Source: a virus. From it: 64,000 nucleotides of DNA. Under the pieces are notes generated by a model. The model was not told the origin of the DNA and did not search any database. It worked only from the letters and a program-made list of their open reading frames with translations. Position 1 is the first letter of the stretch. Every line of letters begins with the position of its first letter. Where the stretch lies: positions 118,847-182,846 of IMG/VR virus record IMGVR_UViG_3300008117_000025. The stretch is one strand, 5' to 3'. Below are positions 1-9,789 of this stretch, piece after piece. The position numbers were made by a program, and so were the translations under genes.

Positions 1-328
1 CTTTAATAATTGTTGGGTATCTAGGTATAAACTGCAACAAACCAGGAACTTTATTTTTAGTTACAGCGTCTATACCAATTTCTTTAATTGATGTCTTTGC
101 ATCTCCTCTACCAATATATTTTATTTTAAGTAAAGAATATTCGTATTTGTCAGTTGCTTTAGCATTTAAAAAGTCACTTTGTTCAATAGTAACAACAACT
201 ACACCACTTAATGCTCTAATCTCATTATAAACTTCTACTTTATTTTGATCAGCAGCTGTTTTAATAAGTACATCACATCTAAAAATTGTGATACCTTCGT
301 TTAATAATATTTTACCTAATAATCCCAT
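1..328 (-). CDS. Hypothetical protein, 3' end runs off the window (MGLLGKILLNEGITIFRCDVLIKT...)
   Basis: Hand-translated, not in the ORF track. ATG at 328 overlaps the TAA of the upstream gene (TAATG); the frame is open to position 1; N-terminus ends in LLNE like other tagged proteins. Confidence 0.8.
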   Translation of the reverse strand, partial: MGLLGKILLNEGITIFRCDVLIKTAADQNKVEVYNEIRALSGVVVVTIEQSDFLNAKATDKYEYSLLKIKYIGRGDAKTSIKEIGIDAVTKNKVPGLLQFIPRYPTIIK

Positions 329-939
329 TAGCTATATTGAATTAAGTTAAGTCTTGTTGTTCTTGTTAAATGAGCACTTAAAGTAAATAATACAATTTGT
401 CCTGGGGTTCCTAAGGAAGATCCTGCTCCTGTTCCTCCAGGTATTGTTATAAATGATCTATCTACAGTAAATACTTCATAATATTTTTCTTGATCAGTTA
501 TTATATCACCTACTTCAGGAATAAAATCTAACTCTACTAATGCTATTTTTGATATAGTAACTTTTATAGTTTGGTTTACATCAGGACCAAATTCAGTATC
601 AGTATAAGCAAATTCACCTCTATCAATTAAACACCTTACTTCAACAGGAGGGTAATACCATTTTTCTGTTGATTCACCATACATATTTACTTTAGTCTTA
701 TATAAATCAATTTTAAAATATCCAACTTTTTGGTTTGAATATTTTATAGCAGCATCCGCTGCTTCATCAGGATATGTGTTAGGTCCACCACCTAATCCTG
801 CACTTCCAGTTGGTGGTTGTGGAGGTGTAGTCGGTGCCCCTGGTTTGGTTGCTGAGGCAGTTGGAGCAGAATTTGGGAAATCTGCTAAATCACAGTCTCC
901 TAGATTTATATATCGTTGTACTCCTCTAAACTGCTTCAT
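328..939 (-). CDS. Putative neck/head-closure protein (T4 gp14-like by position)
   Basis: Directly follows the adaptor-like gene. The C-terminal ...FIPEVGDII...KYYEV pattern is typical of head-closure proteins; Pro/Gly-rich N-terminal insert. Confidence 0.5.
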   Translation of the reverse strand: MKQFRGVQRYINLGDCDLADFPNSAPTASATKPGAPTTPPQPPTGSAGLGGGPNTYPDEAADAAIKYSNQKVGYFKIDLYKTKVNMYGESTEKWYYPPVEVRCLIDRGEFAYTDTEFGPDVNQTIKVTISKIALVELDFIPEVGDIITDQEKYYEVFTVDRSFITIPGGTGAGSSLGTPGQIVLFTLSAHLTRTTRLNLIQYS

Positions 940-2561
940 TAGAAAACATATATTGGTAAAGGAATTTGTTGTAATGTATCACGCTGGAATTGAGATTCTT
1001 GTTGCTTGCGCTCTAATTGTCCTTTACGTGACGTTTCATTTAACATTTCCTTTAACTCAGTTATTAATTGTTCTTTTTCTGTTCTAGAATCAGCTACTAA
1101 TTCAGATCCTTGAAGTGAACCTACACCTTGAACATTTACATTTGCAAATTGAATACGAATGTGTGCTTCAATTTCACGACACAATGCTAAGGTATATTTA
1201 AAAATCCAAGTTCTACCTACAGTATTAATTTTAGCATAAATTGGATTACGATAAGGAACATTCATAATGTCTGTTACAACATTGTTTCTAGTATCCTTGA
1301 TAACACTAAATTTATCACTTATAGTAACATATTCAAAAAATAAATTCTTATCCATTGTAGGGATAGGAAATATTTTTAATTTATTATTTACTAAATTAAA
1401 TGAATAAGCTGATTTTCTTATTTGATCATTAAATTCAATTGCTTGGATTTTTTGTACATCAAAATGAATTGGCATTAATAGGAAATTAACACCAGGAGAA
1501 AATTGACCAAATCCAAAAGTCTCAAGTAATGATTGTATACCAGTACCTGTACCTGCATATGGATCAAAGTAACGAACGATTGCAGGGGGTTCTTCATAAA
1601 ATATTCTTCTAATTTCAATTCTATCACCAGGATCTAATGATGCTGAAGCTGCAGCCCATACATTTAAATCGTAATCTTGAACTCCCATAGACATTGAAAC
1701 AGAACCAGTTAATACAGTGTATTTTCCTCCTACTCCTGTTTCTGATGCATAATCTTCAGCAATAGTAGTTGTTAATGTAGCAAGATTATTGCTTAATATT
1801 TTATTATTTAATTCTGGTTCTAGGCTATCTTGAATATAAATTGTTGGAATTGTATTTCCTCCAAATATAGGGGATCCACCTGCTATATTATAGTCTGAGG
1901 TGAAAACATATACATAACTTTCCCCAGGAGTAATAACTCCATCTACTGTTGGTCCTCCCAATCTATTTAATTGATTATAGACAAAAGCACTTAAATCAAT
2001 AATATTCCCTGAAACAGAGTCAGTGTATTCAGTTGCAAATGTAATTGATTTTACATAGTCTTTATTGGGTAAAACAAAATCAGAAACAGATGCAGAAATA
2101 ATATACACATTACCATCATCAACTGATTGAGAGAAAGTTGCATTATATTCAATATCGGCTTGAGTGGCCCATCTAGGTCCTGACCAATTTACAGGTGAGT
2201 TTATATCAATGCTATCAACATAAGTAACAGTAGCGTTATTAAGTTGAGCTGATGGAGATCCCTCCATGTTAAGGTACTGGTCTCTAATTTTATATTGGTA
2301 AACTAGATTACCATAAGTAGTAACTGCTTCTTCAAAAGCAGCATATACTGTTAAGTCAGAAATATTAAGTTGTGTATTACCTAATCCACTAGCGCCTAAA
2401 CGTTGTGCAACAAAACGTGCACAGTTTTTAGCATCACGAACAAACTCAGGATCGTTATCGTAATATTCAAATGGTGTATTACATTTAACAGGATTTAAAT
2501 ACGATGTATCACCGTAATATTCATCCCACAGTCTTTTTAGATTGATTGCTTTTGCGGCCAT
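939..2561 (-). CDS. Putative neck/head-tail adaptor protein (T4 gp13-like), with internal insertion
   Basis: 540 aa downstream of the capsid genes. AFEEAVTTY N-terminal and WIFKYTLALCRE...EKEQLITELKE C-terminal helices resemble adaptor proteins. Confidence 0.5.
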   Translation of the reverse strand: MAAKAINLKRLWDEYYGDTSYLNPVKCNTPFEYYDNDPEFVRDAKNCARFVAQRLGASGLGNTQLNISDLTVYAAFEEAVTTYGNLVYQYKIRDQYLNMEGSPSAQLNNATVTYVDSIDINSPVNWSGPRWATQADIEYNATFSQSVDDGNVYIISASVSDFVLPNKDYVKSITFATEYTDSVSGNIIDLSAFVYNQLNRLGGPTVDGVITPGESYVYVFTSDYNIAGGSPIFGGNTIPTIYIQDSLEPELNNKILSNNLATLTTTIAEDYASETGVGGKYTVLTGSVSMSMGVQDYDLNVWAAASASLDPGDRIEIRRIFYEEPPAIVRYFDPYAGTGTGIQSLLETFGFGQFSPGVNFLLMPIHFDVQKIQAIEFNDQIRKSAYSFNLVNNKLKIFPIPTMDKNLFFEYVTISDKFSVIKDTRNNVVTDIMNVPYRNPIYAKINTVGRTWIFKYTLALCREIEAHIRIQFANVNVQGVGSLQGSELVADSRTEKEQLITELKEMLNETSRKGQLERKQQESQFQRDTLQQIPLPIYVF

Positions 2562-3135
2562 TATTTAAGTAGTATTTAACACGTATAAATATACTTAATC
2601 TATCTTTCAAGTCAATTTGTGCAGTATCACCACATATGAGCATTTTACTACCTTCACATATTCTTCCTAATAATAATTCCATTTGTCTGTGGGTGATGTT
2701 TTGACCTTCGTCAACTACTACAGCGCAGTTAGTAAGGTTACGACCACGCATAAATGCTAATGGAATAACTTCAATGTGCCCTTCCATTATTTCTTTATCG
2801 ATTTTTTCTTTATTGTATAATCGATACATGTTGTCATAAATGGCTGCTGTGTATGGAGCTAATTTAGCATCTTTATCGCCAGGAAGATATCCAATTTCTT
2901 CTCCTGATGTTACAGCAGGGCGAGTAAGTATTACTTTCTCTACTTCATGGCGAAATAATAAGTCAAGAGCAACTTGCGCTGCTAACATTGATTTACCACT
3001 ACCAGCACTACCTTTTAATACTGTAATTTTATTTTGGAGGACAATTGCTTTAGCTTCTTTCTGCTCTTCGTTGAGAGTAACCGCAAATTTAATCGGATTT
3101 TTGAAGCTCTTCTTTTTGGGAAGGTGATCAGTCAT
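2521..3135 (-). pseudogene. phoH: PhoH-family ATPase, C-terminally truncated
   Basis: Walker A GSAGSGKS, TRPAV, GYLPGD, PLAFMRGR, VVVDEGQN and CGDTAQIDL are present. The sequence then departs from PhoH at about 2600 and reads into the next gene. Confidence 0.85.
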
Positions 3136-3157
3136 GTAACACGTTTGCTATAAATAT

Positions 3158-3190
3158 AAAAAAAAAGCCCAACCTTACGGGGTTGGGCTT
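3158..3190 (-). terminator. Rho-independent terminator after the major capsid gene
   Basis: Stem AAGCCCAACC/GGTTGGGCTT (3165-3190) followed by a long T tract on the minus strand. Confidence 0.85.
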
Positions 3191-3227
3191 AATTTACTAA
3201 CCTTACGGGGTTAGATTATATGTTGGA

Positions 3228-4847
3228 TTAGAGGGTATTTAAACCAGCAACATATACTTTACCATAGTAGTCAGGACGGATCATCTTCTTAGCGTAACGA
3301 GTCATCAAACCTTTTCTAGGAGTGAAGGTTGTTGGATCGTAAAGAAGTGGAGTCATGATCAATGGAACGTATGGAGCGAATACAGCACCGCACTCAAGGA
3401 ACTGAGCACCTTTGTAACCCATGAGGATTACGTTCTCAGTCATGTATGGGTTCTTGTATACTTTGTAGCGGCTGTTCAAAGAACCAACTTTCTGAATACC
3501 GAAGTTGAATTCCATTTTCTCGCCGTCACCATCAGAAGCAAATCCAGGAATAGATTCAAGGATAGTAGCTACAGAAGGAGAAGTAATAAGGAAATTAGCA
3601 CCACCACGTAAAGTTAACTGATGGATTGTGTTGGAAACTTTCTGTAATTTAGTACCTAAAGTTTGGAACCAACCGCCTTGAGTGTTGTAGTAGCCAAGAT
3701 CAGTAGCAGCACCAGTAGAATCTAAAGACTTGTTATTAACAGCAGTCCAACGATCAACAGTATAAGCATTCTGGATTAACATGTCAAGGATTTCGAGGTC
3801 GATTTCCATAGAGATGTACTGAGAAAGGATACCAGTTAATTCAGCTTCAGCATCAATGCTATGATAAGCATTCAAATCCTGAGCGAATTCTGGAGTCCAT
3901 TGTGCTTTTAACTTACGAGTTTTAGCAACGATAGCTTCAGATTTCAACTGAACGTCAATAGAAGGGATGTCGATAGTAGCAGGAGCATTTGTAGCACCAA
4001 CTTTGGTTTTTCCGTCTTCAAAATCACCACGGCTGTCAGGAGTGTTTTGGATGTCATAATACAATGTTACGCCACCAACTAAAACACCAGCAGCAATGTT
4101 GGTAACTTTAGAAGTAGGAACAATAAAGGAAGCGGTAGTGTTAGCAGCATTGATAGTAGTGAAAGCCTGTAATACATCAGTAACACCAAGGGTAGAACCA
4201 GAAGCGATTACGAAAGCACGAACACCATTTACATCAATGTTTGAAGGAAGAGCAACGTTAACTTTGTAGTAGCTAGTCACAGAAGCTGAGTAGTTAGAAT
4301 CAAAGTTAAAGTCAGACCAACCGATAGAGCTAGTAACAGCAGCTACACCAGAAGCGGTGTATTGGTTAATAGAGTAACCAAAGCGACCAGCACCATACAA
4401 AGAAGCGGTGTTAGCGAAATCAGTTACATTGTTAGTTGGAGCAGCGCTATAGAGAGAATCACCAACACGAAAAGGTTTAATACCGTTAGCATATTTGAAA
4501 TCAAGATAGAATACAAGACCAGAAGGTAAGTTCATTGGTTGTACACTAACGAATTCTTTAGCTGCGATTTCACCAAATACGCGGCGAACTAAAGGCAAAG
4601 CAACACCAGCCCAGTTCTCACTGTTGTATCCACCACCAGACATGCTGTTAGTTCCACCAGTTACGTTAGCTTCGGTTACTAATTGTTTTGCTTGGTTTTC
4701 AAGCAACATTGCCATTGTGTTTTTGTCAGTAGTAGAGCTAATACCTTCTAAAAGGCCAGATTTAGCCCACTTGCTTGACAACTTTTTTGCATCATCCATC
4801 ACCACTTTATATTGGTTAGATGATTCGAGGAGTTGTTGTACGTTCAT
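3228..4847 (-). CDS. gp23: Major capsid protein (T4 gp23-like)
   Basis: Motifs LPLVRRVF, VSVQPMNLPSGLVFYLDFKY, TRKLKAQWTPEFAQDLNAYHSIDAEAEL, YAPYVPL and FTPRKGLMTRYAK. Confidence 0.97.
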   Translation of the reverse strand: MNVQQLLESSNQYKVVMDDAKKLSSKWAKSGLLEGISSTTDKNTMAMLLENQAKQLVTEANVTGGTNSMSGGGYNSENWAGVALPLVRRVFGEIAAKEFVSVQPMNLPSGLVFYLDFKYANGIKPFRVGDSLYSAAPTNNVTDFANTASLYGAGRFGYSINQYTASGVAAVTSSIGWSDFNFDSNYSASVTSYYKVNVALPSNIDVNGVRAFVIASGSTLGVTDVLQAFTTINAANTTASFIVPTSKVTNIAAGVLVGGVTLYYDIQNTPDSRGDFEDGKTKVGATNAPATIDIPSIDVQLKSEAIVAKTRKLKAQWTPEFAQDLNAYHSIDAEAELTGILSQYISMEIDLEILDMLIQNAYTVDRWTAVNNKSLDSTGAATDLGYYNTQGGWFQTLGTKLQKVSNTIHQLTLRGGANFLITSPSVATILESIPGFASDGDGEKMEFNFGIQKVGSLNSRYKVYKNPYMTENVILMGYKGAQFLECGAVFAPYVPLIMTPLLYDPTTFTPRKGLMTRYAKKMIRPDYYGKVYVAGLNTL

Positions 4848-4878
4848 TTTTAAACGATTTAAAATTGGGTTTTGTTAA

Positions 4879-5997
4879 TTAAAATTTATTAATACCTGCT
4901 AACATTTGCCATCTAGCAACAGTATCGTTTACTTCAACGATTTGTTTTTTAGGGGCTACACCAGCAGCTTTAGAAGCAAATCCTAATGATTCTTTGATTG
5001 TGCTTTTCTTAGATTTTGCAATAGCACCATTCATTGATTCAAAAATAGCTTTAGCTTCTTTTGTAGTAGTTGCTTTATCGAATTGAGCAATTACTTTGAG
5101 TTTTTGTGATTCGTTCAAATTCTTAGCTTTGAAGATTTTGTTAACGTAAAGTAACTTAGCATTGAGTAAGTTAGTTTCGTTTAATTCGTTACGAAGAGCA
5201 TTGATAGTTTCAATTGCTTCTTTCATTTCTTTTTCATCTTCTTTTTTCTTCTTGTCGTCTTTTTTCTTAGCTTCGTACATATCATCTTTATCGTCGTCAG
5301 CTTCGTCTAAGGCATCAAGTTCAGCTAATAATTCTTCTAAATCGAAATCTTCTTCGATTTCTTCATCACCAGCTTCAGCGTCAACGTTTACAGCCACTTC
5401 ATCTTCACCACCCATGTTACCCATGTCAGCGCTCATATCACCCATTTCTGGGGCTTCGCCACTACCCATTTCGGCAGAGATAATGTCTTTGATAATGTCT
5501 TTCAATTCGTCAACTGTTAAGTCGGTAATTTTGTCGGCTTCTTCAGCTTCTTCTTCTTCGGATTCCTCTTCTTCAGATTCTTCCTCTTCAGATTCTTCTT
5601 CTTCGCCTTCTTCAGCTTCATCAAGATCTTCTTTATCTTCTTTTTTACCTTCTTCAAGTTCATCTTCTTTACTTAATTCAGCTAAAATTTCAGATAAATC
5701 GAAATCTTCTTCAAGCTCATCGTCGCCTTCTTCTAATGAGGCGTGTAATTTTCTAGCATTAACGCGTTGAATGTCATCGGTAGCATAGTTGTCTGTTCCG
5801 AGTTCCATTTCATCAAGCTCTTCCTTGTCTTTAGCTTCGTCTAAATCTTCATCCATTTCTTGTAACTTTGCAGCTAACATGGATTGAAGTTTTGGAGCAA
5901 GAGCTTCTTCAAGGGCAGCTTTAGCGTTTGCTAAGGCAGCTTCGCGAACGGCTTTAGCGTCGGCGATAGCCTCTTTGAATAAGTCTTTGTTTGACAT
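4879..5997 (-). CDS. Prohead core/scaffold protein; start revised to 5997 (MSNKDLF)
   Basis: Very acidic and coiled-coil, directly upstream of the capsid gene, with many LxE sites. AAGGAG lies 8 nt before the ATG at 5997. Confidence 0.75.
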   Translation of the reverse strand: MSNKDLFKEAIADAKAVREAALANAKAALEEALAPKLQSMLAAKLQEMDEDLDEAKDKEELDEMELGTDNYATDDIQRVNARKLHASLEEGDDELEEDFDLSEILAELSKEDELEEGKKEDKEDLDEAEEGEEEESEEEESEEEESEEEEAEEADKITDLTVDELKDIIKDIISAEMGSGEAPEMGDMSADMGNMGGEDEVAVNVDAEAGDEEIEEDFDLEELLAELDALDEADDDKDDMYEAKKKDDKKKKEDEKEMKEAIETINALRNELNETNLLNAKLLYVNKIFKAKNLNESQKLKVIAQFDKATTTKEAKAIFESMNGAIAKSKKSTIKESLGFASKAAGVAPKKQIVEVNDTVARWQMLAGINKF

Positions 5998-6147
5998 AAA
6001 ATTGTTCTCCTTAAATTTAATTGAGGAAATAAGATTATTAGGAAATCTTAATAGGGGGTTTGTAATATACCCAGGTTGCATAAAGAATGGGCAACCTATT
6101 TAGGATGCCCATAAATATATGTAGATATGTAAAAACGCAAACTGTTT

Positions 6148-6744
6148 TTAAACAGCTGCTATCTTTTGTGCTAGTGCTATTACCTCAGATGTTTTAAAAG
6201 CGGATAAACCACCTTCTAAGCCTTTAACTATGGCAGTATGTGCATCTACTGCTCCCATTCCACTTGATATAGCAGCAGCTGCTAATATAGCAGCATATAC
6301 ACCATGAGCAGCATCATATAATTGTGATGATTTATCTTGTACTTCTTGTCCTTTAAATTTTTTAGGAAAAGATTTTTGTAAAATAACACCGATGGCATCT
6401 ACGTATGCTTCTTCTAATTGATGACCCCAATGTTTAAGAGCATTACCTACTGCTGTTCCTTGTTTTTTATCTTTTTGAAAAATAGAAGCAATACCATTTA
6501 CAGCTTTACCAGCTAAATTTATTAATCCAGGAGCACCAGCAATTAGGCCTAAAGCTAAACCAGCGGCTTCATCAATTTCACCATCATTTGGAGATAATTG
6601 AACTGAGTTTGCTCCTGATTTAAGCATATTTAGTGCTAATTTTAGTCCTTGTTCAGCATCTTTATCAGCTACAGGATCAACTTGTTCGGCTTCAGTAATA
6701 ATACCGGCTAATTGTTGCCAACGTTTTGCTTCTTGTATTAACAT
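6148..6744 (-). CDS. Hypothetical head-associated protein; start revised to 6744 (MLIQEAKRWQQLAGI)
   Basis: Carries the RWQQLAGI motif and Ala/Gly-rich hydrophobic helices; lies between protease and scaffold. Confidence 0.7.
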   Translation of the reverse strand: MLIQEAKRWQQLAGIITEAEQVDPVADKDAEQGLKLALNMLKSGANSVQLSPNDGEIDEAAGLALGLIAGAPGLINLAGKAVNGIASIFQKDKKQGTAVGNALKHWGHQLEEAYVDAIGVILQKSFPKKFKGQEVQDKSSQLYDAAHGVYAAILAAAAISSGMGAVDAHTAIVKGLEGGLSAFKTSEVIALAQKIAAV

Positions 6745-7355
6745 AGTGGACATACTCCTGTTGCGTTACAAATAATTTCAGTTATTAAGCTATTTACTTT
6801 GCTATAATCTTTTATAGAACCAAATTTCTTTGACTCAGCTAATTGCATATATGCTTGTGGAGTTGAAGGTACTGATACTAGATCCCAACACAATAGTTCG
6901 AAATCATCTTGTACTTCAACTGTTTCGCCTAATTGCTTAACAGAGCCCATACCACGAGATGAAATACCAAGTGGAATACCAGACATTACTAATGCTTTAG
7001 CGATATTGCCTGAAGGTGTAGGTAATAATTGTAATTTACCCATTAAATCATTTCCTTTCCACCATACCTCAGTAATAACGTGGGAAGTATTTGCAAGGTT
7101 TACAACAGATGCTTCAGGATGATCGAGTTCTCCTAAGGCAGTACGTGTTTTTACTGGTCCATCTGTGTATTTTTTTACTTCTCTTTCAAGAATTTCGCGA
7201 GGATATACACGACCATTGCCATTCTTTTGCTCAGCTTCTTGTAATTTACCAACAAGGGTAACAAGGTTTTTACCTTCACCTAATTGTTTATTTTCAACAA
7301 TGGTTAGGTTTGCTGTTTGGAATGGAGTGTGATCTATTAATAATGATTTATTCAT
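6738..7355 (-). CDS. gp21: Prohead protease (T4 gp21-like)
   Basis: Motifs NGNGRVYPREIL, ALGELDHP, GISSRGMGSV and DFELLCWDLVSVPSTPQA. Confidence 0.95.
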   Translation of the reverse strand: MNKSLLIDHTPFQTANLTIVENKQLGEGKNLVTLVGKLQEAEQKNGNGRVYPREILEREVKKYTDGPVKTRTALGELDHPEASVVNLANTSHVITEVWWKGNDLMGKLQLLPTPSGNIAKALVMSGIPLGISSRGMGSVKQLGETVEVQDDFELLCWDLVSVPSTPQAYMQLAESKKFGSIKDYSKVNSLITEIICNATGVCPLC

Positions 7356-7356
7356 A

Positions 7357-9243
7357 TTAGTATTCGTTTTCAGCGTCTAAATTATCTCTACCATCATAAT
7401 ATTCAGCAATTACTTCACGTACAACTTCTTCTAATGATGATTTAAATTTATCAAATGAAGCACCTAAATCTTTTTTATCACCAACAGAGGGTAATTGTCC
7501 CATAGCCTGTTTAACAGCGTGTCTTAATGATTTTTCATTATATACGGGGTGTGATATAACTGTTTTATAGGTATCTTCTAATTCTTCTTCTTCAATTTCA
7601 ACACCAGGAATAATTTTTTTTAATTCTTCTGCTTCTACATTATTCAAAGTACCACTAAACATAAATTCACCACCAGCCTCATTTAACTTTTTTTTTGAAT
7701 CTTTAACTTTAACCATTTGATTAGCTTTATCAACTAATTCAACTGCTTCTTTTTTCTTTCTAGCCTTTTTCTCTTCAGGTGCTTTAACTTTAGGAGCTGA
7801 AGGTGATTCAACGCCAGCTAATTTTAATGCTGTGTAGTAGAATGGATTTTCTCTTAAATGATCCAAAGCAATTTTCTTTGCTTTATCTAAATCATCTGTA
7901 TGTTCCAATTCAACTTTAATACCCATTCTTACTTCTTGTGGATGGAATTGATTGGGATGATCTGCTACTGCTTCTTTTTTCTTTTTAGCTTCATTAATTT
8001 TTCCTTCTGTAGGAGCAGACATTTCATCACCCATATTTCCTGGGTATAAGTCAACACTTTCACCACGATTTCTAACAAACTTATCTAATATATGATCAAT
8101 AAGTCCTTCAGAATTATCAAAGTAATAACTTTTATCTTTTTTAAATTCAGGAGTACGGAAATAAGCATCAATTTCTTCAAAAGATTCGTATGGTATTTCT
8201 TCTCCACTTTCTTTTTCGTATCTTTGGTTTATATAATCGTGTAATCTTTCAAGATCATAAGATGTTTTATCACTAGGATCATCCCATCCATAATAACCTT
8301 CATCCATATTTTTTAAACTTTCACTTGCATCCATACCATAGGCATCAAACATATCAGGATCTTCATAGTCTTCATCTTCAGGATAAAATTGATCATCAAC
8401 GACTTGAATTGATTTAGGATCAACATATATAAATCCTTCTCTATCTATTGAAGAAATAGTAGCAGTATATCTAGTATCATCTTCATCATATAAATCTACT
8501 GTTCCTCCAGGAGCATCAGGTTCACCACTTTGATTATCAACATACAATGTTTTACCATTATACTCATAAGTAGGTTCATCAGTATATTCTTCACTAAGTC
8601 CACCTTCAAAATCTTGGAATTTAGTATATTTGCCTGCTTCTTCTTCTTCACCTCTAGAGATCATGTCTTCGATATCAGCATCTTCATTACCACTGAACAT
8701 TGCTACAATTTGTTTAGCAGCATCTAATGGATTTTCAAATTTATCTTTTAAATTACGTTCAGTAGTATTATCCATATAATCCTTAATATCCTCAAATACT
8801 TCTGCTGAAATATCAGGATATTCGTTTTCAATTACACCCCATATACGTCCTTTGTAAGAAGCAGCATATTTTTCTTCTGGGTCGTAATACTCAGTTAAAT
8901 CACCTTCATGTCCTTCAACATCAACAGCATCTTGTGGGAACATAGATTCTAATTCATCTGGGTCCATGCCTGTATTTTGGGCTAGGAGTTCTAAAGCTTC
9001 AGAATATGAGTATCCTTTAGCAAGAAGATTTTTAAAATCATTTTCAACACCACCTAATTCAGCGTTGCGGTTAAGATCACCTTCAGTTAAAATAGCCTTG
9101 TTTTTAAGGATTTTAACAGCATCTTTAAATGAAGTTACATTAGTAATGTATTGAGGCATCATCATACGAACATTTCTCATAAAGTTCGATTGTGACATTT
9201 TGCCTTCTTTCAAATCGCGATATTGGTTTGCTATACTTTTCAT
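7357..9243 (-). CDS. Acidic multi-segment hypothetical protein containing a GIKVELEHT...ALDHLRENPFYY module
   Basis: 628-aa ORF. The module resembles DUF5661 from memory (needs an HMM check). Many (L/I)xE sites. Confidence 0.7.
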   Translation of the reverse strand: MKSIANQYRDLKEGKMSQSNFMRNVRMMMPQYITNVTSFKDAVKILKNKAILTEGDLNRNAELGGVENDFKNLLAKGYSYSEALELLAQNTGMDPDELESMFPQDAVDVEGHEGDLTEYYDPEEKYAASYKGRIWGVIENEYPDISAEVFEDIKDYMDNTTERNLKDKFENPLDAAKQIVAMFSGNEDADIEDMISRGEEEEAGKYTKFQDFEGGLSEEYTDEPTYEYNGKTLYVDNQSGEPDAPGGTVDLYDEDDTRYTATISSIDREGFIYVDPKSIQVVDDQFYPEDEDYEDPDMFDAYGMDASESLKNMDEGYYGWDDPSDKTSYDLERLHDYINQRYEKESGEEIPYESFEEIDAYFRTPEFKKDKSYYFDNSEGLIDHILDKFVRNRGESVDLYPGNMGDEMSAPTEGKINEAKKKKEAVADHPNQFHPQEVRMGIKVELEHTDDLDKAKKIALDHLRENPFYYTALKLAGVESPSAPKVKAPEEKKARKKKEAVELVDKANQMVKVKDSKKKLNEAGGEFMFSGTLNNVEAEELKKIIPGVEIEEEELEDTYKTVISHPVYNEKSLRHAVKQAMGQLPSVGDKKDLGASFDKFKSSLEEVVREVIAEYYDGRDNLDAENEY

Positions 9244-9245
9244 AG

Positions 9246-9380
9246 TTATCTTCCTTGGCCACGATAGTTTTTTTCGCTTCTATCGTGTTTGTTAAATGAT
9301 TTTTTTGCTTTACCTAATTTACGTTTACCAAAGGTGATCTTACGGGATTCACCCATTTTGGAACCTTTTGCTTTAGCCAT
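9246..9380 (-). CDS. 44-aa highly basic peptide ending YRGQGR
   Basis: Hand-translated MAKAKGSKMGESRKITFGKRKLGKAKKSFNKHDRSEKNYRGQGR; fills the gap between flanking genes. Confidence 0.75.
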   Translation of the reverse strand: MAKAKGSKMGESRKITFGKRKLGKAKKSFNKHDRSEKNYRGQGR

Positions 9381-9429
9381 TATTGGTACAAGTTTTTAAT
9401 TTTGTTATTTATTTTAAATTTAGATAGAT

Positions 9430-9789
9430 TTACATCTGTTCCTGATTGTAATCTTCTTTATAGTATCTAATATTATCAGCAATATCATCAAGTTCTCCTA
9501 CACGTTTATTGAATAAAAGTCTTTTTAGTTTAGGATATGGAGTATCTTCTATTTCATCATCAAAACTTTCAATGGCCTGTAATAGATTGTTATATTCACT
9601 GGATTTTTTGCCGGTTTCAGTCCATTGCATAACATCATCGTAATGTTTTAATAATATATCTCTATTGACAACAATATATTTGACAAATTCTTCTTTATTA
9701 TCATCAATATCAAAACTCATACCTTCATTTATTTTTAAAATACCAGCTAATTGCTGCATTCTTTTTATTTCGTTGATTTGCTGTTTCAT
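9430..9789 (-). CDS. Hypothetical protein with INEIKRMQQLAGI N-terminal tag
   Basis: ORF track; the motif is shared with other head-region ORFs. Confidence 0.7.
   Translation of the reverse strand: MKQQINEIKRMQQLAGILKINEGMSFDIDDNKEEFVKYIVVNRDILLKHYDDVMQWTETGKKSSEYNNLLQAIESFDDEIEDTPYPKLKRLLFNKRVGELDDIADNIRYYKEDYNQEQM

Noticed and set aside
5162-5770. 202-aa Ser-rich plus-strand ORF
   Set aside because: Antisense shadow of the Glu/Asp-rich scaffold codons; no independent signal.
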